In this document: piece after piece, positions 57,104 to 64,000 of the stretch
How the letters are laid out: every line of letters begins with the position of its first letter
How positions within the stretch are numbered: position 1 is the stretch's first letter
From: Zancudomyces culisetae HAW-14-8
Lineage: Eukaryota; Fungi; Kickxellomycota
Direction of reading: 5' to 3'
Assembly (NCBI GenBank): GCA_052426225.1
Contig: JBNJNM010000013.1
Span: forward strand, 1,922,001-1,986,000
DNA: 64,000 nt
Position numbers and translations under genes: made by a program
The notes under the pieces: generated by a model
The model's database searches: none
What the model was told of the DNA's origin: nothing
Seen by the model: only the letters and a program-made list of their open reading frames with translations

Positions 57104-59182
57104 ATGAGCAGTTTTGATGCAGAAAAAAGGCGGAAAAATAGAGAAAATACACGGCTTGCAGGGAAAAAAGAGAGAAAAAGGTCGCAGCAGTTAGAAGAAA
57201 GCCAAGATGGAGCCGGTAATGGGAAACAACAAAGTATAGTGACAAGTGGGTGGTATATCGATTTTATGCGTCTGGAGAGTACGATAGTAGGCTTGCTAGA
57301 ACGGCTAAGCAAAGGGAAAAGGAAAGAAGAGCTACACAGAGGGGCTGGGCGGGAGACAAAGTTCAAGGGAAGTGAGTATATACTGCAGCGGCTGCGGACG
57401 GGTAGCTCGATCGGAACAATCAACAGCGTAGATTCTTTGTTTACTGGATTTGAACGGACAAGGCGGGCAGGAACGAAGGTAACAGAGGGCTCCGTGAGAG
57501 GTGCTGGGAAAAATGGTGGTGGTAGTCGAAGTCGAGTAGACGAGGACGAAATAGCAAAGAAAATGGCACAGTACAATATTAGAACAGGAGTAATGGGCCT
57601 TGGACGGCCAGCGTTTGGAAGCAATAGAGATAGACTAGTTCTGGCAGCAGGAGAGTACGGAGAAAGTGGCAAGCAAGATATAGAGCGCAGCAGGGTCAGT
57701 GTTGACAGAGAGTTGGAAGATCGAGGTGTGTACCGAGACAGTGCGGGGATTCGTGGACAGTTTGGGCGTGGAAAGAGGATGCAGCATGGTGATGAACACG
57801 AGAAGCTGGAGACAGAAATGTTGGATGAGCGTGATTTTATTTACAAGCGTATTGAGGGGCTAGAAAATCTTAAGGCGGAATATATAGATCGCGTCAAATA
57901 TCTGGAACAGGAAATCCGCAATGAGGAAGATAGGCGGGCACAGGTTGAATCGGACCTTGCGCAGCTATGGCAAAACGACACTGTTGGCGCAAGAACAAGT
58001 GCACCTGCAGAAGGCAACGTGGGTGTGGAGTATGAGATTGAGTTCCCCAGGCTTGAGCTGCAGATGCGGCTTGACGGTGGGCATTTCGGCGGAATCTCAG
58101 CTGTTGATTACTCTCACGACACTCAGCTCGTGGCGCTTGGATCGCTGGACACGCAGGTTTCTCTATGGGATAGTGTAACTGGAAACAAGCGCTTTATGAT
58201 TGCTGGCCACTCCGACATTGTGCGTGGCGTGCAGTTCTATGGCGACCGCATTCTAACCTCCGCCAACGACGGCCGCATCCGCATGTGGGATTTGGCTATG
58301 TGTGAGTCTGTCCGTCCCGTCGAACCGCTTGACGGTTTTTCCACTACTCCGCCCGTCAGCCCATCTATTTGCAACCATGTTGCTCCCATCGAGCTATGCT
58401 GTGAAGCCTCTTTCCTTGGCCATAATGGCGCGGTCACGTGTTTCGAAGCAGTTGATGGTGTGTTGTTGTCGGGTAGCGCTGACGGTCTTGTCCGCGAGTG
58501 GGATCTCAACACTGGGTTGCTCCGCTTGCGTTTCGACTTGACCTGGAGTGCCCGTTCGCTTGCTCGCCTCGATTCATCTGATTCGCTGCGCGTCGGAACT
58601 CAATCAGGCGATGGTGGTTTCATAGGCGCGCTGCAGTTTGTTGGCCCGGCTCTTGCCACTGGCACGGCTGATGGGTTTATTCGCCTCTACGACCGTCGCT
58701 CGTCTCAGCCTGTACGTTCAATTGCTTCCCACTCAATGCCCATCTCGTCTCTGCGCTTCAACGACCGCTACATAGTCTCAGGCTCGCTTGATTCATCTGC
58801 TGCCATTTGGGACCTGCGCGCTCTTAAACTCGTTCAGCGCATCAAGTTTCCCTCCAAAGTTACTTCTGTTTCTTTACTACCCTCTGCTCCCTCCAACTCT
58901 TTCTGGTTTTCTGCTTCCTCCTCTGCCTTTTTCAACTTTTCTCTTTTAAATTCCGAGTTCAAGGCGTTTGATTCTCTCACCGGTGACTTGAAGCTTCGCA
59001 TGCAAAACATGATTTATGATGAGCTCGATATCTCCAAAAATCCCATCTTGCTTGATTATGACCACAATTCTCAGAAACAGAATTATTTTACAAAGTCGCA
59101 TGTGTCTCGATTGAAGTATCTAGATTCGGATACACTGCTGACAGCCTCTGAAACCGGCTCTGCCTGTATTTGGACGCTGTAA
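57104..59182 (+). CDS. MDV1: Mitochondrial fission adaptor Mdv1/Caf4 (coiled coil plus WD40)
   Basis: Coiled coil followed by WD40 repeats, with family-typical FIGALQF...LATGTADGFIRLYDRRS and LSGSADGLVREWDLNTG. Confidence 0.85.
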   Translation: MSSFDAEKRRKNRENTRLAGKKERKRSQQLEESQDGAGNGKQQSIVTSGWYIDFMRLESTIVGLLERLSKGKRKEELHRGAGRETKFKGSEYILQRLRTGSSIGTINSVDSLFTGFERTRRAGTKVTEGSVRGAGKNGGGSRSRVDEDEIAKKMAQYNIRTGVMGLGRPAFGSNRDRLVLAAGEYGESGKQDIERSRVSVDRELEDRGVYRDSAGIRGQFGRGKRMQHGDEHEKLETEMLDERDFIYKRIEGLENLKAEYIDRVKYLEQEIRNEEDRRAQVESDLAQLWQNDTVGARTSAPAEGNVGVEYEIEFPRLELQMRLDGGHFGGISAVDYSHDTQLVALGSLDTQVSLWDSVTGNKRFMIAGHSDIVRGVQFYGDRILTSANDGRIRMWDLAMCESVRPVEPLDGFSTTPPVSPSICNHVAPIELCCEASFLGHNGAVTCFEAVDGVLLSGSADGLVREWDLNTGLLRLRFDLTWSARSLARLDSSDSLRVGTQSGDGGFIGALQFVGPALATGTADGFIRLYDRRSSQPVRSIASHSMPISSLRFNDRYIVSGSLDSSAAIWDLRALKLVQRIKFPSKVTSVSLLPSAPSNSFWFSASSSAFFNFSLLNSEFKAFDSLTGDLKLRMQNMIYDELDISKNPILLDYDHNSQKQNYFTKSHVSRLKYLDSDTLLTASETGSACIWTL

Positions 59183-60405
59183 ACTCTGCTTTCCGTTTTC
59201 TGTTTTCATTTGATTTTGTGCTAATGCATTCCTTAGATTTTTATTTTATTTCCTAGTTTCATTAAAATACAATATATACTATTCTGCTAAAATCCCTATT
59301 TTCAAGCTCTACAAACCTTTGTTTTCTTTTTCTTTTGTTTTTGTGCGTATTTACAGGAGGACCTAAACCGGCAACTATTTGCAAACAAGACAAGACAACC
59401 CATCAATCCAAAAAGCTAAACGGATTATAAACTGTGTGCCATTCAAACCTTCTTTCGCAATATCGAATACGGACTTCTCCTCCATGTATGGCCCAAAATC
59501 ACATTACATCGATTTACTTTTCATGCTGTGTTTTGTTTTTTTTGCTGGTCCATCTTTTGATTCACCTGTTGCAATACCTTACTTTTGGTGGTTAGCAACA
59601 TTACCCTTGACGATTTGTTTTTGCTCTGGTACACTCTCTAGACAACAATTATAAATTAATGTTTTCACCGTTTCCATTTGCTTTTTTTATTATTACTTGG
59701 CTATCTCCATACGTTTAAATGCTACACTTACCGCCGCTGGCTGTAGGTGCTCCAACTCAAATTTCAATACTTTTAACTCCTATTTTCACAAACCAATTCA
59801 AATAATTTTAGTTTGAGTATACAGCTAGATCCCCCCCACCCCAGTTTTTTTCGCTACATAACATCTTGGTTCTATACAAACTATTTATCAACTGTTTCTT
59901 ACGTTATTTTCCTTGTTGGTGTTCATCGCTTTACTATTCTCTTCGAAATTCGAATATTTTCTATTTTTCTATTTTTCTATTATGTGCTTGTTAACTTTCT
60001 AGTAAAATGTTGAGTACTAATTTCTGAACCTGATCAAATAATTTTTGCTGAAATTTTTTTTTTCATAAACCTAATTTTATACCCATATTTTTCGTATTTC
60101 AAATTGGGATATCATTATCATCCTTATATCATAACCAAAACATCTGCTATTTTTTGGGGGGAAGGGGGGAGGGAATACCATTTATACCCTACTTTGGTTT
60201 TTATTTATTTGTTTTTTTACAATAACATTAGTATATAATTTGCGTGGAAAGGCTATGTATATAAATTAAAATGGTGGTGTACTATATTAATATGCGAAAA
60301 AACAACCTGAGAAATAAAATAAAATAACGGGGGGTTGTGATAAACAATTTTCTTTTGTGTGCAAGTGTCATTATCTTTATATTTTTATGCTTTTATTTTT
60401 GACTA

Positions 60406-62661
60406 TCAGTTGATTAGACTATTCGCCGGTTTGCCATTGTTTCCAAAAAACGAGTTATATAGCATCTCCATGCTCTCGCTATCAAAAAACGCACCTGTTG
60501 TGCTTTTGGATGTACCGTTCCCTGCATCAATACCAATACCAATACCACCAACATTATCCTTGCTGATTGTTGACACACTATGATTTGTTCCGAGCGACTT
60601 TGGAAGTTCAAAAAGTGACAAGCAATCTATACCTTCGGTTTTTGAAAGTACTTCTTCTAACAACGAGCTGTTTATAACTGGGTCTGTTCCCTGTCCTGAC
60701 TCTTGTTTGGGTCCAGTATACTCATTAATATCAATGTTGAGCTCACTGTTGATTATTGTTGCCAATGCATTGCTGAAATCTGTATCACTAATATTGGCAC
60801 AGCTTATACCCAACTCGGGAATACCACTGCTGTTAACGTTGCCATTGGTATCTCCAATCTTTAAATAACCATCGATATCACGTTTCCCACACTTGTCACT
60901 ACTAATATTTTTGGTGACACTTGCCTTTTTATTTTTGTCAATGTTTCCGGAACCAAAACCTCCAATATTGCTATCCATCATGCCATTGCCTACACTAAAT
61001 GGTCTATTTATATCAAACCCAATACTTTTAACCTCATTTCTTCCGAGATCCACACCTTGATCGAGAATAGGCATTGAAGTTCTATCTTTTAACTGTCTCT
61101 GAAGTTTTACATCTTTGACTTGGTCGGGTAATGAGAGACCAAGATGTCCATACTCATCTACCTTCCGGAGCTGCGGTCCTTTCGAAAACCCTGTGTTTGC
61201 AATATTACTGTCAGTTGGCTCTTTTATGAACGGGTGTAGTCCGTTCTTCATGGTATTGAGAAATCCACTATTTATGTTTCCAGAACAGCCCTGAAGCATG
61301 CCGTACTCATTATTTTGGGCACCCAAATTCATCCTACCACTCATTCCATTTCCGTTGCTCAATTTTAGCAGATTTTCGTCAAAAAGGTTAATGTTCTTGG
61401 AGCCATCAGCCATATTGTGGTACATGTTGGATACTGATCTTTCAGCAAAACTGTTACTAGAACAATCATTAGCACTGGCATTATCTATATTACTAGTTAT
61501 ACATTCTTTCACAACTCTCATATCTTCATTCAAACCACCAAGTGAATCCTTGTTGTGGGTTGGCAAAGATGATGGGTTTGGAAGATTGAATTCTGTTGTC
61601 AGAATCGAATCTGAGCTGACTCTAGACATTTTTTGGAAATCAAGTGACTGGCTCTTTCCAGGATAAACCGATAGGTTTCCATAGAGTGAATTGTTAAATA
61701 CAGGAAGTGTCACTGATGCAGTTCTGTTGGTGCTTTGTGACGAACCACCTTCTTTTCCATGACCAAAGCCACCAATATTTATCGGGTATCTAGCTCCCTG
61801 ATCACTATTCGGTCTTGGATTGTTTGTGGGTGTATTATTTTGAAGGGTGACTCCCGGGCTCATGTTCTTGTTTATGTAGTTATTGTTTATACCACCACTC
61901 ATTCCTGCAATCCCCATAAGCTTTCCACTTCTACTTCCGATACTTGTGTTTGACAGCTTTTGTGGAATTTGCAACGGTTTTATGCTATTCAACAGCATTC
62001 CAGCATTGTTATTTGTAAATGCAAGTGGGTTTTGTTGAATTCCAGTATTTACAACAAACTCGGGTAACATAACGTTGCTTGTGGGACGGTTTCCAACGTA
62101 CAGCGACTTTTGGTCGTTATTTCCAGATAGTGGCATTCTCATATTGTTGTTTCCGCCAAACTCAAAGTTTTGACCAAATCCTAACCCCAAAGGTGTGTTC
62201 AGTCCAATCATATTACTGCTAGCATGATGTCTACTCCCTGTATTAGAAAGCATCTCAAGACTCAATTTAGGTGCTCCAAGCGGGGCCAGTGAATGGATTC
62301 CTCCTGTTGCTGCTGCAACCGCAGCAGCAGCAGAAAACCCTTGGCTCTTTTGAGTAGACATATCGCTTTTTAATCCTGCAGACATTTTCTTGGTTGTATT
62401 CTGTCTATTTTTACCAGATCTCTCTCTTTTGCGGATGTGGTCAGCACTATGGATTTTCATATGTCTTGTGAGTTCATCTGTTCGTGAAAATCGTTTCCCG
62501 CAATCTGGATGTGTACATTGATGTGGCTTCTCCCCAGTATGCGTTCTTAAGTGTCTAGTTTTATGCTCTAACCTGAAGAATGCCATGGGACATAGCGGGC
62601 ACTGGTACGCCCTCACATCGTTCTTCTTTGTTGTAGTTTTTCGTTTCTTTTTTGTATCCAT
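60406..62661 (-). CDS. CreA/Mig1-like C2H2 zinc-finger transcription factor
   Basis: [51 protein letters not shown]; long Asn/Ser/Gly-rich tail. Confidence 0.9.
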   Translation of the reverse strand: MDTKKKRKTTTKKNDVRAYQCPLCPMAFFRLEHKTRHLRTHTGEKPHQCTHPDCGKRFSRTDELTRHMKIHSADHIRKRERSGKNRQNTTKKMSAGLKSDMSTQKSQGFSAAAAVAAATGGIHSLAPLGAPKLSLEMLSNTGSRHHASSNMIGLNTPLGLGFGQNFEFGGNNNMRMPLSGNNDQKSLYVGNRPTSNVMLPEFVVNTGIQQNPLAFTNNNAGMLLNSIKPLQIPQKLSNTSIGSRSGKLMGIAGMSGGINNNYINKNMSPGVTLQNNTPTNNPRPNSDQGARYPINIGGFGHGKEGGSSQSTNRTASVTLPVFNNSLYGNLSVYPGKSQSLDFQKMSRVSSDSILTTEFNLPNPSSLPTHNKDSLGGLNEDMRVVKECITSNIDNASANDCSSNSFAERSVSNMYHNMADGSKNINLFDENLLKLSNGNGMSGRMNLGAQNNEYGMLQGCSGNINSGFLNTMKNGLHPFIKEPTDSNIANTGFSKGPQLRKVDEYGHLGLSLPDQVKDVKLQRQLKDRTSMPILDQGVDLGRNEVKSIGFDINRPFSVGNGMMDSNIGGFGSGNIDKNKKASVTKNISSDKCGKRDIDGYLKIGDTNGNVNSSGIPELGISCANISDTDFSNALATIINSELNIDINEYTGPKQESGQGTDPVINSSLLEEVLSKTEGIDCLSLFELPKSLGTNHSVSTISKDNVGGIGIGIDAGNGTSKSTTGAFFDSESMEMLYNSFFGNNGKPANSLIN

Positions 62662-64000
62662 CCATGCGTTTGGCAGTTTTTTATTATTTACAAAATCTAG
62701 TTATACACGTACAAACACACCAGTATATCACAGTCCTCTTTAATGTTATTCCGAAAATTAAGATTGTTTCAGTTGATGCTGTTGAAAGTGATATAGCTTC
62801 TTGTTGCAATATTTTGCTTGGTTTACCTTGATTATTAAATATTACTCTTTAACAGCTTGAATTATCTTGGATTATTTTTTTTACTTTCCATGCGGTTTTA
62901 GACTGTATTTATACAAAAATATAATTCTTATGTATAGATGTGTTGTGTTGTGTTGAAGCAATGCTTTTCCAATATTTATTCTACTTTTGCTATTACATAC
63001 ACTGAAGAGCTCTAACCCCACTTCTTATTCTGCGTTTTCTATAAAACTAGCTGAACTATTTTATAAGTAATATTATCAGCTATTAGTCATCTTATACCAC
63101 AAATTTTTAATATATAAACGTACTAGGTTTTAAAATTCTGGATTTATTCCTAGTATCATTGAATTTCTTTACCTTTTCTATGTACCCTTATAAAATTACG
63201 TCTAGAAATAATTAAATATATGCTATTAAAAAAGCTTAAATAATACGTATTGGGATATAGTAGTATATATTATAAAAGTAGAAGATAAAGATTGCGTTTC
63301 TTTTTGCTTATTACTAAAATATATCTTTTAATAAAATGGTCTAAACTAAGGTTCGTATTTATAAAAATGTCTAATTTGAAGCAACCTTATTATATTTGCA
63401 GATAACTAAACATTATACAGATAATTCAAATAATGCTACTCTACCGAAAAATGTTGATAGAACACAACTCGCCACCAGCTCGAATTTATAATATATATCT
63501 ATTTGTATCTACAAGCTATATTGTGTGATAGTATTATTCATTTTTTTCATTATTTAGTCATTTTAAAGACTGTGCCTTTGTTTATATTTTTATTTGGTTT
63601 TATTATACAGTTTATTCTCATTTTAATTTTTGGTTTCCAAAAGGTCGAATGAGCTAAATCAATGTGTGCTTTGCAATATTAAGATGCTGCTAATTCCCAA
63701 TTTCTGAGATATTCGAGACTTTACTTTTTTTTTTTAATAATGGTATTATTGTCGGTGACCTAACCATAGTTTAGAATGATATCCTTATTACTCGTGTACA
63801 TGTTTCTGATAATTGAACTATTTTTTTCATGAATAGATACAATGCATCTACTCACATTTTTTCAAATGCTGTTTTTTGCTTTAATTTTAGAGCCTAAAAT
63901 TGCAAACATCCTTTACTGTTAAATTAAAAAAATGTTAAAACGCGAAGGTTGCTATTTTCCTATTCGTCTTTTTTTTTTATTACTGAAATGCTTTATTACC

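Overview
AT-rich eukaryotic, fungal-type genomic DNA with short GT-AG introns and CTAAC-type branch points. Gene content (Opi1, Mdv1/Caf4, CreA/Mig1, Fmp40) indicates a fungus; an early-diverging lineage such as Zoopagomycota/Harpellales is only a guess. In order, the window holds: a small Cys/His-rich orphan; a degenerate Nfs1-like paralogue; two tandem DM9 (DUF3421) lectin-like genes; PGK; SelO/Fmp40; two tandem purine nucleoside phosphorylase genes (one with Asp at the Asn243 specificity site, one an apparent pseudoenzyme); RPS18, whose last intron splits the stop codon and hosts a U34/snR62-like box C/D snoRNA; a ~9 kb nest of four copies of one young APE-type LINE, including an intact full-length copy inserted into its own ORF2 sequence; a 1220 aa secreted Cys-module plus Thr-repeat protein with a dicistronic tRNA-Thr(AGU)/tRNA-Thr(UGU) pair 3 kb upstream; two tandem PB1-domain genes; Opi1; a multi-FAS1 membrane protein; a small mitochondrial membrane protein; Mdv1/Caf4; and a CreA/Mig1-like factor. 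The strongest novelty candidates are the self-targeting LINE nest, the Thr-tRNA dicistron beside the Thr-rich protein, the PNP pair, the dead Nfs1 paralogue, and a saw-tooth purine/pyrimidine skew that flips inside genes. All calls come from reading the sequence by eye; no searches were run.
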